Assembly: GCA_963729605.1 (NCBI GenBank)
Contig: CAVSNY010000003.1
Coordinates: 256,001-320,000, forward strand
Reading direction: 5' to 3'
Origin: an uncultured Gammaproteobacteria bacterium
GTDB lineage: Bacteria > Pseudomonadota > Gammaproteobacteria > DRLM01
DNA length: 64,000 nucleotides
Numbering within the stretch: the stretch's first letter is position 1; each line of letters begins with the position of its first letter. This document shows, piece by piece, positions 1 to 9,223 of the stretch. Below the pieces are notes generated by a model, which was not told the DNA's origin, ran no database searches, and saw nothing but the letters and a program-made list of their open reading frames with translations. The position numbers and the translations under genes were made by a program.

Positions 1-1
1 A

Positions 2-934
2 GGCCTGAACATAGCCGTCGATGTCGCGGCCAATCAGCGGCAGGCGTTTGGTACGGATCACGTGATCCGGCGTCGCCGGTCCTTGCTGGGCGATGCGCGC
101 GACCTCGGGATGGGCGGCGAAGGCGCGGCTTTTTTCATCGTCCTGCCAGCTCACGATGAGCGGTGTGCCGGCCCGTCGGGACAGCTCGGCGCGCAGCGCC
201 GCGAGTTCGCGGCGCGAAGCTGATGGTACTGGTTCGACCGGCGGCAGCGAAAACGTCCAGGCGTTTTGGTTTTGCAGATAGCGCTCGGCGCGATCGACCA
301 GCGTGATCATGCGTTCATACGACTCGCGCGCCGTGGCGCCGAAGGAAAAGATGCCGTGATTGAGCAGCACCATGCCGATGGTATTCGGCCCCGCGTCGCG
401 GGCGAAGCGCAGCGCGCAGTCGCGCGCGAGGTCGAAGCCGGGCATGACGTAGGGAATGATCACCACGCTGTCGCCGTAAATCTCTTTGATGCGTTCCAGG
501 CCGCCTTCGGTGTTGGTGACCGTGACCAAGGTATCGGAATGGGTGTGGTCCACGTATTTGTGCGGCAGCACCGCATGCAGTATCGCTTCCACCGAGGGCG
601 TGGGCGCGGCGGCGTCGATGGTGTTGGTGCGCAATTCGTTGACCATCTCGGGATCGGAAAGGCGTTCGAGGCGCGCGAGCGCCAGTAGATGGCGCATGCG
701 CACCGGCGCGAAGCCGGCGCGGTCGATGGTCTCGAGGTCCCAGCCGCTGCCTTTGACGTAGAGGATTTCCTCTTCTTCACCGAGGATGTTTTTCTGAGTG
801 ATCTTCACCGAGGTGTTGCCGCCGCCGTGCAACACCAGCGAAGGGTCGCGGCCCAGCAGGCGCGAGGTGTAGACGCGCAGGCCCAGTTCATCGGTGAATT
901 GCGCGGCGTCGTGATCGTTCCACAGGCTCTTCAT
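2..934 (-). CDS. Bifunctional class II aldolase/short-chain dehydrogenase (RhaD-like), running off the left edge of the window
   Basis: Manual translation from ATG at 934: MKSLWND..LRVYTSRLLGRDPSLVLHGGGNTSVK..KGSGWDL..PSVEAILH..VDHTH..NHGIFSFG..GPATPDHVIRTK. Absent from the ORF track because no stop lies in the window. Confidence 0.85.
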   Translation of the reverse strand, partial: MKSLWNDHDAAQFTDELGLRVYTSRLLGRDPSLVLHGGGNTSVKITQKNILGEEEEILYVKGSGWDLETIDRAGFAPVRMRHLLALARLERLSDPEMVNELRTNTIDAAAPTPSVEAILHAVLPHKYVDHTHSDTLVTVTNTEGGLERIKEIYGDSVVIIPYVMPGFDLARDCALRFARDAGPNTIGMVLLNHGIFSFGATARESYERMITLVDRAERYLQNQNAWTFSLPPVEPVPSASRRELAALRAELSRRAGTPLIVSWQDDEKSRAFAAHPEVARIAQQGPATPDHVIRTKRLPLIGRDIDGYVQA

Positions 935-1149
935 GGTGTTCTCTATGCTAGGACGGGAGGCGCTCATGTTACTCATTAGTGAGTCAAGAGGGCTACACTT
1001 TCCACTGCGTTCCCGCCCCTGTGCAGGGGGCCGGACAGGGTGGGGGCAGGCAAATCATCGTGTTTACTCAGGAGTCGCAAGGTGAGTCGTGTCGTCTACT
1101 GGGTGATTGCTGAGGAGCGGCTTGAATCCGCCAACTGCGCGGGCGGCTA

Positions 1150-2325
1150 TCAGGCGTGCGTCAGGGGCAGCGTGCGGGTATCGGCGACCGGCGTCTTGTC
1201 CGGCAGCGAAGGCCGCAGCCGCGCCATCACCGCGGCGGCGGTGGCGCGATAGGCGGTGAGTTTGCCACCGTAGATCGTCAGTACCCGCGGCCGGTGTTCC
1301 CGGTCGGGCAGCAGGATGGTTTCCCGGGATCGGCTGAAGGGCGCGCCGGGGCGGGCGGGTAATACCCGCAGCCCGGCGAAGCTGTCGAGCAGCCGCGGTT
1401 CGTCTTGCCGGTGTTGCGGGAAGTAATGGGCCAGGGTTTCCCGGAGATACTCGATCTCCTCGGGCAGAGGATGCACTTGCGCGGGGGCGCCGCGATAGAC
1501 GGTCTCGGTGGTGCCGACCAGCGTCGCGTCGCGCCAGGGCATCACGAATACCGCGCGGCGGTCGCGCGGCGCCTCCAGATAATAAATGCCGCGCCGGAGT
1601 TGGCCGGGCACCAGGATGTGGGTGCCTTGTACCAAATCCACCGTGCAGTGCGGTGGCGAAGGACGCACGCGCCGCAGTACATCATTGGCCCAGGGGCCCG
1701 CCGCGTTCACCAGTACCCGGACTTGGCATTGCCGCGGCTGGCCGTCGTGATAATGCAGCGCGACGCCGTCGTCGCCGCAGTCGGCGTGTTCGATGTGGGC
1801 AGGGAGCGCGAGTGTCGCGCCTAAACTCAGCGCCGAGCGCATCACGGCGCGGGTGAGGGCGGCGTCGTCGGTTTGCGCGTCGGGATAACAATACACGGCG
1901 CGCAGGCCGTCGGTATTCAAGCCGTCCAGGTCGGCCCATTCCCCGCGCGGTACGCTGCGGAACCGGCTGTCTTCGCCCAAACCGGCGAGGAGGGCGTAGA
2001 GGCTCAAACCGGCGCGGACCTGCCAGGGCGCGCGGCGGGTGTCGCGGTACAAGGGTAAATAAAACGGCCGCATCTTCACCAGGTCGGGGGCCAGCTTCAG
2101 TAACAGGGCGCGCTCTTGCAGGCATTCGCGGACCAGTTTGAACTGGCCGCTTTCGAGATAACGCAGGCCGCCGTGGATCAATTTACTGGAGCGGCTGGAA
2201 GTGCCCGCCGCCAGCGCGGTCTGTTCCAAGACCAATACCGAATAACCCTGGGCGGCGGCGGCCTGGGCGACCCCCGCACCGTGTATCCCGCCGCCGATGA
2301 CCGCGAGATCGTAACGTTCAATCAA
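1150..2325 (-). CDS. FAD-dependent glycerol-3-phosphate dehydrogenase/oxidase family (short GlpD-like)
   Basis: GGGIHGAG FAD motif, GTSSRSSKLIHGGLRYLE, NAAGPW and GGKLTAYR motifs. Confidence 0.85.
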   Translation of the reverse strand: MIERYDLAVIGGGIHGAGVAQAAAAQGYSVLVLEQTALAAGTSSRSSKLIHGGLRYLESGQFKLVRECLQERALLLKLAPDLVKMRPFYLPLYRDTRRAPWQVRAGLSLYALLAGLGEDSRFRSVPRGEWADLDGLNTDGLRAVYCYPDAQTDDAALTRAVMRSALSLGATLALPAHIEHADCGDDGVALHYHDGQPRQCQVRVLVNAAGPWANDVLRRVRPSPPHCTVDLVQGTHILVPGQLRRGIYYLEAPRDRRAVFVMPWRDATLVGTTETVYRGAPAQVHPLPEEIEYLRETLAHYFPQHRQDEPRLLDSFAGLRVLPARPGAPFSRSRETILLPDREHRPRVLTIYGGKLTAYRATAAAVMARLRPSLPDKTPVADTRTLPLTHA

Positions 2326-3076
2326 GATGTGCGCCGCTGCGGAGCTGCGGGTTTTTGAGCATTTCGCCGATGGCCATGGTTTCGATCAGGGCCGCGCCGC
2401 GTTGCGCCAATTGCAAGGCCAGGCGTACTTGAGTGACTTCGTAGAACATCCATTTCCAGGGACCGAACCACAAGGGTTCGCTCGTATCCTTGGGGAGTTT
2501 GGTGTAGTTGCAGATGAGGTAATCCGGTACCAGCTCGGTGGCTTTGGCGCGCGACTCTTCGTTCCAGGCCCGCATCACCCAGCCGATGCGTTTGGCGCCC
2601 ATGGCGCGGGCGGTGCGCAGCGAAAGGGTGTCATAGGAGATGACCACGAAGCGCGACTTGAGCGGCGCAAGAACGGCGAGGATGGTCTTGACGACCTTCT
2701 CGCGGCCGTGGGCCTCCAGGCTTTCTTCCTTGATTTCCACGAAGGGGGTGACGCGGGGATGCTGTTGAAACAGTTCCACCGCCGCCGCCAGGGTGGGGAT
2801 GGTGAGGTTGCGGTAGCGGGTGCCGAACCGTTTCGGTTCGTTGGCCGACAGCTCCGCCAGTTTTTCCAATTTGGTGTTGATGATGCGGCCGCGGGTGCCG
2901 GTGGTGCGCATCAGGCTTTCATCGTGCAGGAGTACGGGTATACCGTCGGCGGTCATCTGCACGTCGAATTCAACATAGCGGGCGCCCGCGGTGATGGCCG
3001 CGTTGATACTCTCCAGCGTGTTTTCCGGATAGCGGCGGGGATAGCCCCGGTGGGCGACCAGCTGCGGTATCTCCAT
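2318..3076 (-). CDS. Glycerophosphodiester phosphodiesterase family
   Basis: VAHRG..PENTL..VEFDVQMTADG..LLHD signature; likely start MEIPQL at 3076. Confidence 0.88.
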   Translation of the reverse strand: MEIPQLVAHRGYPRRYPENTLESINAAITAGARYVEFDVQMTADGIPVLLHDESLMRTTGTRGRIINTKLEKLAELSANEPKRFGTRYRNLTIPTLAAAVELFQQHPRVTPFVEIKEESLEAHGREKVVKTILAVLAPLKSRFVVISYDTLSLRTARAMGAKRIGWVMRAWNEESRAKATELVPDYLICNYTKLPKDTSEPLWFGPWKWMFYEVTQVRLALQLAQRGAALIETMAIGEMLKNPQLRSGAHLD

Positions 3077-3191
3077 GCAAGGTACTCTCCTGTGAAGATC
3101 GGCAAAAAATGTAACCTTATACATGCCATGTTGGCAATGTATTAATTTACTTTTAAGAAATTTAATTTTGAAATCGATTTTGCGGGCGGTG

Positions 3192-4631
3192 CTAGGTCTG
3201 CTCTACTTCTTGTCGCCAACGCTGATAACGTGCCTGTAACGCCGGATGATGTGTCGGACTAAAAGAGCGTGCCTTGCTTGATGATTCAAATCCCGCAGAG
3301 GGGCCGGCCATCAACCAGGCCACGCCACGCGCAGTGGCCTCGGTTTGTTCCGGCCGCATGACCGTTGTGCCGCCGAGGTCGGCGAGACGCTGGCAGAGTC
3401 CGTCCAGCCGGGCGAGGCCGCCGCTCACGATCAAGGTTTGGGCCGGTTTGCCCGCGGTCTCGGCCATGAGTTCCAGGTTGACCTGAAGCAAAAACACGAT
3501 GCTCTCGATCACCGCCGTTAGCCTGGCCGCGGCGTTGCCGTCGCCCACGAAATACGAGGGAAGCTCGGGCCGCCAGTAAGGACTGCCCAGTCCGGCGACG
3601 CCGTTGATGAACAGGGGCGGTGACGGGGTTTGGGCCATCCAGTCGGGTAAGCCGGCGGTGATTTCAGCGTCGGTGATTTTCAGTTGGGCGGCGGCCCAGC
3701 TCAAGGCGCTGCCGGCGCCGTTGACGGTGCCTTCCAAGACATAGGTGCGCCTTTCCGCGTCGGCGTACGCCAGGCTGGTGAGCAGGCGTGTCGGCGCGGG
3801 GCGTGCCGGCGTGGGACGCTGGAGGAAGGCGCCGGTGCCGAGGTTGATGAGCACGGTGTCGGGATCGATGGGGCCAAAACCGAAGAGGGCCGCGGATTGA
3901 TCGCCGGTCACGACGGTGAGTGGGATGCGTCGCCGGCCTATCACGAGATGACCGAATGCATGCCGGCTAGGTACACAAGCCGGCAACACGGCGGCGGGGA
4001 TGCCGAATACATTCAGCAGATCGGGATCCCAGTCCGCGGTCGTCAGATTGAATAACAGGGTGCGGGAGGCGTTGGCGGGATCGGCGAGGATGTTGCCTTC
4101 CGCCGTCAAACGCGCCGTTAAAAAACCGGCCAAGGGACCGGCGGCCAAACGGCCTTCTTCGAGCGCCGTTTGCACCTCGGGCAGTCGATCCAGACACCAG
4201 CGCAGTTTGCTGGCCCCGTAGTGCGGAGAGAGGACCAGGCCGGTGCGCTGTTGTATGAAGGGTTCCGCGTGGGAAAGGCCGCTCAGCCAGTCGGCCATGC
4301 GGCGGTCTTGCCAGCTGAGGATGGGCGACAAGGCGCGGCCGTTGCGTCTGTCCCAGCACACGATAGTGGAGCGCTGGGTGGCGAGTCCCGCCGCGATGAT
4401 GGGGATATGCTCGGCGACTTGCCTCGTCACCTCCGCGACCGCCTCCCGCACCGAGGCCACCATCGCCTCGGCGTCGTGCTCCACCTGTTGCGGCGCGGGA
4501 TGATACGTCGTGATGGGTACGGCGGCGTGGGCTACGGTCCGACCGCGGCGATCGAACAGGACGGCACGGCTGGCGTGGCCGCCTTGATCGATGGCGAGGT
4601 AGAGTCCTTGGCCGCCGCGGTATTCGTTCAC
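3192..4631 (-). CDS. FGGY carbohydrate kinase (glycerol kinase-like)
   Basis: AIDQGG, TQRST..WD, WQDRR, NASRTLL, GDQSAALFG, GTGAF and SGG motifs. Confidence 0.88.
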   Translation of the reverse strand: MNEYRGGQGLYLAIDQGGHASRAVLFDRRGRTVAHAAVPITTYHPAPQQVEHDAEAMVASVREAVAEVTRQVAEHIPIIAAGLATQRSTIVCWDRRNGRALSPILSWQDRRMADWLSGLSHAEPFIQQRTGLVLSPHYGASKLRWCLDRLPEVQTALEEGRLAAGPLAGFLTARLTAEGNILADPANASRTLLFNLTTADWDPDLLNVFGIPAAVLPACVPSRHAFGHLVIGRRRIPLTVVTGDQSAALFGFGPIDPDTVLINLGTGAFLQRPTPARPAPTRLLTSLAYADAERRTYVLEGTVNGAGSALSWAAAQLKITDAEITAGLPDWMAQTPSPPLFINGVAGLGSPYWRPELPSYFVGDGNAAARLTAVIESIVFLLQVNLELMAETAGKPAQTLIVSGGLARLDGLCQRLADLGGTTVMRPEQTEATARGVAWLMAGPSAGFESSSKARSFSPTHHPALQARYQRWRQEVEQT

Positions 4632-4697
4632 GGGTGTTGCATGGTGGGATCGACACCCCCGATTCGCGCGTAGCGACCTCGGCGGCGGATTACCAGT

Positions 4698-5138
4698 CTA
4701 TTTATTTTCCCCCGGCGCCACGGTGATGGTGATTTTTTCCGAAACGACCGGCGGTGTGTGCGGCAGATGGTGTTGGTCGCCCAGGATGAGTTGCAGCGTG
4801 TGTTTACCCGGCGGCAGTTCGAGGCGGGTCTCGGTCTGGCCGCCGCCGAAGTGACGATGCTGGTTGTCCTTGGGTATGGGCTGATCCAGCGGCGGCAGGG
4901 TATCTACATCGATCAATAAATGGTGGTGACCGGTATTGGCTTGCTCCACGCCGGCGGGCGCCACACCCATATTGCTCAAACCAAACAGCACGGTCACCGG
5001 GCTGGTAACCGTTGCGCCGTTGGCGGGGGAGATGATGTAGACCTTGGCCCCTTCCGGTGCGACCGAGGCCGCGAAACCAGGGGCGGCGAATGCCAGGGTT
5101 GTGCAAATAACGACTAGCAGACTGCTGATTGTTTTCAT
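4698..5138 (-). CDS. DUF4399-like secreted protein
   Basis: Signal peptide, then VYIISPANG, GHHHLLID, HFGGGQTE and LPPGKHTLQL..GD..H motifs. Confidence 0.75.
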   Translation of the reverse strand: MKTISSLLVVICTTLAFAAPGFAASVAPEGAKVYIISPANGATVTSPVTVLFGLSNMGVAPAGVEQANTGHHHLLIDVDTLPPLDQPIPKDNQHRHFGGGQTETRLELPPGKHTLQLILGDQHHLPHTPPVVSEKITITVAPGENK

Positions 5139-5414
5139 GGGGTTTCCTTGGGGTGCTGGCCAAACAAAAAGAGGGACAGGATCGATATTTTTATCATACC
5201 GCCGGAGGATTCTACACTTCCTGGTCATTGATAGAGGAAAAAACTGTCACGACAAGGAGTAAACCCCATGCTGGTTAAAATCGGCATCTGGCCGGACGGC
5301 CTTGAATAAAAAGTCGTTCTATTAAAAAGCCGAATAATCCTCGCCTTAAAGCAGAGGCGGGCCGAGTTTTTGCCTGAAAAAGTGAGGTTTAACACGGTAG
5401 CCTGTTGCTCCGGC

Positions 5415-5441
5415 TAAAGCTTTATCGCCCCCGGCCGATTC
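5415..5441 (+). promoter_or_regulatory. Putative sigma28 (FliA)-type promoter
   Basis: TAAA-N15-GCCGATTC, about 30 bp upstream of ATG 5474. Confidence 0.55.
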
Positions 5442-5473
5442 TATCCGGTAAGTAGTCTGCAGGGGGATCTTAT

Positions 5474-6466
5474 ATGTTGTATTTCAAATTACCCTCAAGC
5501 TCTAGATCCCTACAGTTAGTTTCGGTAGTCATGAAGGCTACAACTTTGCTGTTTTTTCCGCTGGGCATTTTTGTGGCGCATGCCGCTTTCGATCTCAATT
5601 GGGCGCGTGACGAAGGAGGTTATGTCAATAACGATGCCCATGTTGCTTGTGACATGAGCTATATCTCGGATAATTGTGGTGGTTTCGGCACCCTGAATGG
5701 CTCTCACGTTGATGGTACCGCGTTTTTCCAGCAGCAATTCGATAATGGGGGTCAAACCTATTTCCATCTCATCGTGGGCGATCATACAAGAGATGCCTTC
5801 GCGCAAGAGGTGATCATCAAGGCAAACGCGGGCAACAATTACTGGGACAATCGCAGCAATAACATCGCGGTGTCGCATACCAGAGCCAACACCAGCGACC
5901 AAACCTTCAGTATGTCGCAACCCTATAGCAGCGATTCGACCCGGACCGGTACGGGCTCCGGCAATCCCAATAGCGTCATCATGCGCCAGGTGATCGACAG
6001 CGGTGAAATCGTGCAAGAATTCTTGAAGGACTCCTTTACCCAAAAACCCAAGATCACCCAAACCATCACCGGTGCCGGGGCGCAAGCGGGCATGGTGAGC
6101 ACGGTGGTCATCGACATGAGCGGGAAGAATTATTCGGACCTGACACCGATTACCGCGGGTTCGTTCACCAACACCCTTACTCTGAGCGGCGCGCTCATCA
6201 ACGGGACCAGCGGCAACTTCAACAACAGCACCGACGCGGATTCCAATTACCTGACCGCGGGCGGCTTCACCTACACAACGGGTTCGGGCACGGGCGGCAG
6301 CGCGGGCAATTACACCTACATGGACGCGGCGGACGACGCGAATCCCATATTCGAGCCTTATAACCTCAACTGGCAAGGTTATTGTAAACCCTCCGAGAAT
6401 CCCAATTGGGGTAACGGCGCTTGCAATGGCGGCGGCAGTGGTGGCGGTGGCGGTTGGGGTTGGTAG
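5474..6466 (+). CDS. Secreted hypothetical protein with a C-terminal GGGSGGGGGWGW tail (paralog 1)
   Basis: 330-aa ORF with AGGGGG RBS, hydrophobic N-terminus ending AHA-A, two Cys pairs and a Gly/Trp tail. Confidence 0.8.
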   Translation: MLYFKLPSSSRSLQLVSVVMKATTLLFFPLGIFVAHAAFDLNWARDEGGYVNNDAHVACDMSYISDNCGGFGTLNGSHVDGTAFFQQQFDNGGQTYFHLIVGDHTRDAFAQEVIIKANAGNNYWDNRSNNIAVSHTRANTSDQTFSMSQPYSSDSTRTGTGSGNPNSVIMRQVIDSGEIVQEFLKDSFTQKPKITQTITGAGAQAGMVSTVVIDMSGKNYSDLTPITAGSFTNTLTLSGALINGTSGNFNNSTDADSNYLTAGGFTYTTGSGTGGSAGNYTYMDAADDANPIFEPYNLNWQGYCKPSENPNWGNGACNGGGSGGGGGWGW

Positions 6467-6563
6467 CGTTTGTCTCTCGGGAATGCTTTAAGGAAGCGTT
6501 GAATCATTCCATCCTGGAATTTTCAGAGCACGAAAAACGCAACATGTCATTTTTGCTTTTCTT

Positions 6564-6599
6564 CATTTTCAATGGCTAACCGCCATTGAAAATGGCGGT
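6564..6599. terminator. Hairpin(s) between convergent genes, probable terminator
   Basis: Perfect 13-bp inverted repeat CATTTTCAATGGC/GCCATTGAAAATG overlapping a 9-bp one, ACCGCCATT/AATGGCGGT. Confidence 0.55.
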
Positions 6600-6623
6600 A
6601 CCTCTGAATAAATAAAAGGTTCC

Positions 6624-8459
6624 TTAATCTAAACCCACCGGTAGCGGAGGCTGTACAAGATCAGGTCTGTTCTTCTGCTCGCTCTTCAGTAGCTGGTGGG
6701 CGCCGATATACAACTCATCCATGGCGGTATTCATGAAACAGCGGAAAGCATCTTCCGGCGTGCATGCGATGGGTTCGCCGCGCACATTGAACGACGTATT
6801 GACGATCACCCCGTAACCGGTCAATTGCTTGAAGCGGGTGATCAAGGCGTGATAGAGCGGATGGGTATCGGCATGCACGGTTTGAACCCGCGCCGAATAA
6901 TCCACATGCGTGACCGCGGGAATATCGGAGCGCGCGATGTTGACCTGATCGAGTCCGCGAATATCGCGTTCGGCATCGGTGCGTTCACGGCGTCGCGAGC
7001 TTTTGACCGGCGCGACCAACAGCATATAGGGACTGTCCACCGCCAAATCGAAATATTCGGCCACGTCTTCGCGCAACACCGAAGGCGCGAACGGGCGAAA
7101 CGACTCGCGGTATTTTATTTTCAGATTCATCACCGATTGGGTGGAGGGTGAGCGCGGGTCGCCTAAAATGCTGCGTGCGCCCAAGGCGCGCGGACCAAAT
7201 TCCATCCGACCTTGAAACCAGCCGATGACCTTGCCGTCGGCGATGGCGCGGGCGGCCTGATCGACCAATTGCGTTTCATCGAGCGCATGGTAATGCGCAC
7301 CGAGACGATCGAGGTCGGCCTTGATTTCTGGGTCGCCGTACGACGGTCCGAGATAGGCGCCATGCATGCCGTCGCGACCGCTGCGTGACGCCCTTTGGCC
7401 TTCGCATTGGAGGTGATAGACTGCCAACGCGGCGCCGACCGCGCCGCCGGCATCACCGGCCGCGGGCTGGATCCACAATCCATCGTATAAACCGCTTTGC
7501 AATAATTTACCGTTGGCCACGCTATTGAGCGCGACGCCGCCCGCCAAACACAGATTCGCCATCCCGTATTCATGGCGGAGGGCGTTTGCCAATTTCAATA
7601 CCACCTCCTCGGTCACCACTTGGATCGAACGGGCCAGGTCCATATCCATTTGCGTGATTTCCGTCTCGGGGCGGCGCGGACCGCGTCCGAATAAGCGATC
7701 GAAATGGCGATTGGTCATGGTGAGACCGGTGCAGTAGTTGAAATAGCGCATGTTCAAACGAAATGAGCCGTCGGCCGCGATCTCGATGAGATGCCGGCGG
7801 ATGAGGTCGGTGTAAACCGGTTCACCGTACGGCGCCAGGCCCATCAGTTTGTATTCGCCGGAGTTGACTTTAAAGCCGGTGAAATAGGTGAAGGCCGAAT
7901 ACAGCAGGCCTAGGGAATGGGGAAAATGGATCTCTCGGATCGGGCGCAGCGTCCGGCCTTTGCCGATCATCACCGAGGTGGTGGTCCATTCACCCACGCC
8001 GTCCATGGTGAGAATCAATGCCTCATCGAACGGCGAGGGATAAAACGCGGAGGCGGCGTGGGAAAGGTGATGTTCCGAGAATAACAACCGTTTTGCGTCA
8101 AAATCCGGGGCGAGGGCCTGCAAGCCGCGGATCAATTCCCGTTTTTGGAAGAGCTTCTCCTTGAGCCACAGCGGCATGGCTTTGACGAAGGAACGGAAGC
8201 CGGCTGGCGCGAAGGCGTGGTAGGTCTCGAGCAGCCGTTCGAATTTGAGGAAGGGTTTTTCGTAAAACACTACCCATTGGATTTCATCGAGGCCGATGCT
8301 GGCTTCGCGCAGGCAGTATTGTATGGACCGTGCGGGAAAACCGGCATCGTGTTTGACGCGAGTGAAGCGCTCCTCTTGCGCCGCGGCGATAACGTCGCCA
8401 TCGCGGATCAGCGCCGCGGCGCTATCGTGGTAATAAGCGGAGAGACCGAGAATCCACAC
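6624..8459 (-). CDS. O-carbamoyltransferase, NodU/CmcH/TobZ (SxtI-like) family
   Basis: YYHDSAAAL..QEERFTRVKHD, EHHLSHAASAF, DGVGEW, GEYKLMGLAPYG, AGGVALN, GPRALGARS, RESFRPFAP and NTSFNVRGEPI motifs. Confidence 0.95.
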   Translation of the reverse strand: MWILGLSAYYHDSAAALIRDGDVIAAAQEERFTRVKHDAGFPARSIQYCLREASIGLDEIQWVVFYEKPFLKFERLLETYHAFAPAGFRSFVKAMPLWLKEKLFQKRELIRGLQALAPDFDAKRLLFSEHHLSHAASAFYPSPFDEALILTMDGVGEWTTTSVMIGKGRTLRPIREIHFPHSLGLLYSAFTYFTGFKVNSGEYKLMGLAPYGEPVYTDLIRRHLIEIAADGSFRLNMRYFNYCTGLTMTNRHFDRLFGRGPRRPETEITQMDMDLARSIQVVTEEVVLKLANALRHEYGMANLCLAGGVALNSVANGKLLQSGLYDGLWIQPAAGDAGGAVGAALAVYHLQCEGQRASRSGRDGMHGAYLGPSYGDPEIKADLDRLGAHYHALDETQLVDQAARAIADGKVIGWFQGRMEFGPRALGARSILGDPRSPSTQSVMNLKIKYRESFRPFAPSVLREDVAEYFDLAVDSPYMLLVAPVKSSRRRERTDAERDIRGLDQVNIARSDIPAVTHVDYSARVQTVHADTHPLYHALITRFKQLTGYGVIVNTSFNVRGEPIACTPEDAFRCFMNTAMDELYIGAHQLLKSEQKNRPDLVQPPLPVGLD

Positions 8460-8460
8460 G

Positions 8461-8610
8461 TCAAAAAACGGTGTAGATGAAGGGGGCGAGGGCGCTGCCT
8501 TGTACGAAGACGATCAGAGCGCCGAGCAGTAACAAGACCATGATGATGGGCAACAGCCAGATTTTTTTTCGGGCACGCATGAAGGCCCATAATTCGCGGA
8601 TAAAATCCAT
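8461..8610 (-). CDS. Small membrane protein, DUF5989/SxtK-like (49 aa, not in ORF track)
   Basis: Manual translation MDFIRELWAFMRARKKIWLLPIIMVLLLLGALIVFVQGSALAPFIYTVF*; TGATG overlap with the upstream gene. Confidence 0.85.
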   Translation of the reverse strand: MDFIRELWAFMRARKKIWLLPIIMVLLLLGALIVFVQGSALAPFIYTVF

Positions 8611-8990
8611 CAGAATTGGTCCTTGAAGGAACTAAAGGTGTTTTCTTCGCGTGAAGTCCAATAACTGGGTGCGGGTCCGGCGCGCAGCTTGAGGGTGTCA
8701 CGGCCGATCATTCTAAATACCAACGCGAGGGGCGTGATCAATAAAAAAAAGGCCAGCGCCAGTAGCAGCCAGGTGTTGAGCGTACCCAGCACATGGCCCA
8801 CCGCCAGCCATACTTTGAGCAGCGGTTTTAGAACGATGGGTGCGGCGAGGGCTAGCACCGCCAAGCCTGCCGCCGCCATCAGCCAGGAATCGGCCGGTGC
8901 TCGGCCATCGAGTGTCGGCCATAGCGCTATCGCCCCGGCGATGCCCGCCAGGATGAGTCCGAATGATCTTTCTTGCCGGTATCCAGCCAT
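8610..8990 (-). CDS. SxtJ-family membrane protein
   Basis: ERSFGL, LKPL..W..GHVLG..N..LL..FFLLITP, GRD.LKL..SYW..F.DQF pattern. Confidence 0.8.
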   Translation of the reverse strand: MAGYRQERSFGLILAGIAGAIALWPTLDGRAPADSWLMAAAGLAVLALAAPIVLKPLLKVWLAVGHVLGTLNTWLLLALAFFLLITPLALVFRMIGRDTLKLRAGPAPSYWTSREENTFSSFKDQF

Positions 8991-9223
8991 TTTAAGTTCA
9001 CTTTGAATAGTTCATCGAGACGGCGTTCGGTTGGCGCTAACGGCAAGCGGCTCCGGGGCGATCCCTCCGTTTTTCTATAACGGGAGAGGGCGCGGCTCGC
9101 TTGAACGAATCCTGACCTACCCGTAAAAATATTATTCCGATCAAATAGAAGTCTACCGTAGAGTTCCGGTACAATGCCAGAATTGGCGCCGGCCTCAATC
9201 CACCACAACGTCGAATTCATGTT

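Noticed and set aside
971-984. Palindrome ACTCA-TTAG-TGAGT upstream of the aldolase gene
   Set aside because: Short, with no regulator gene in view; could be chance
5278-5305. Fifth sigma28-like motif (TCAAG..GCCGATTT) facing the DUF4399 gene
   Set aside because: The spacer is 16 nt rather than 15, so it is too weak to call
6624-8990. Saxitoxin biosynthesis
   Set aside because: Only sxtI/J/K/L-like genes are present; sxtA, sxtG and the other core genes are not in the window, and this module is widespread
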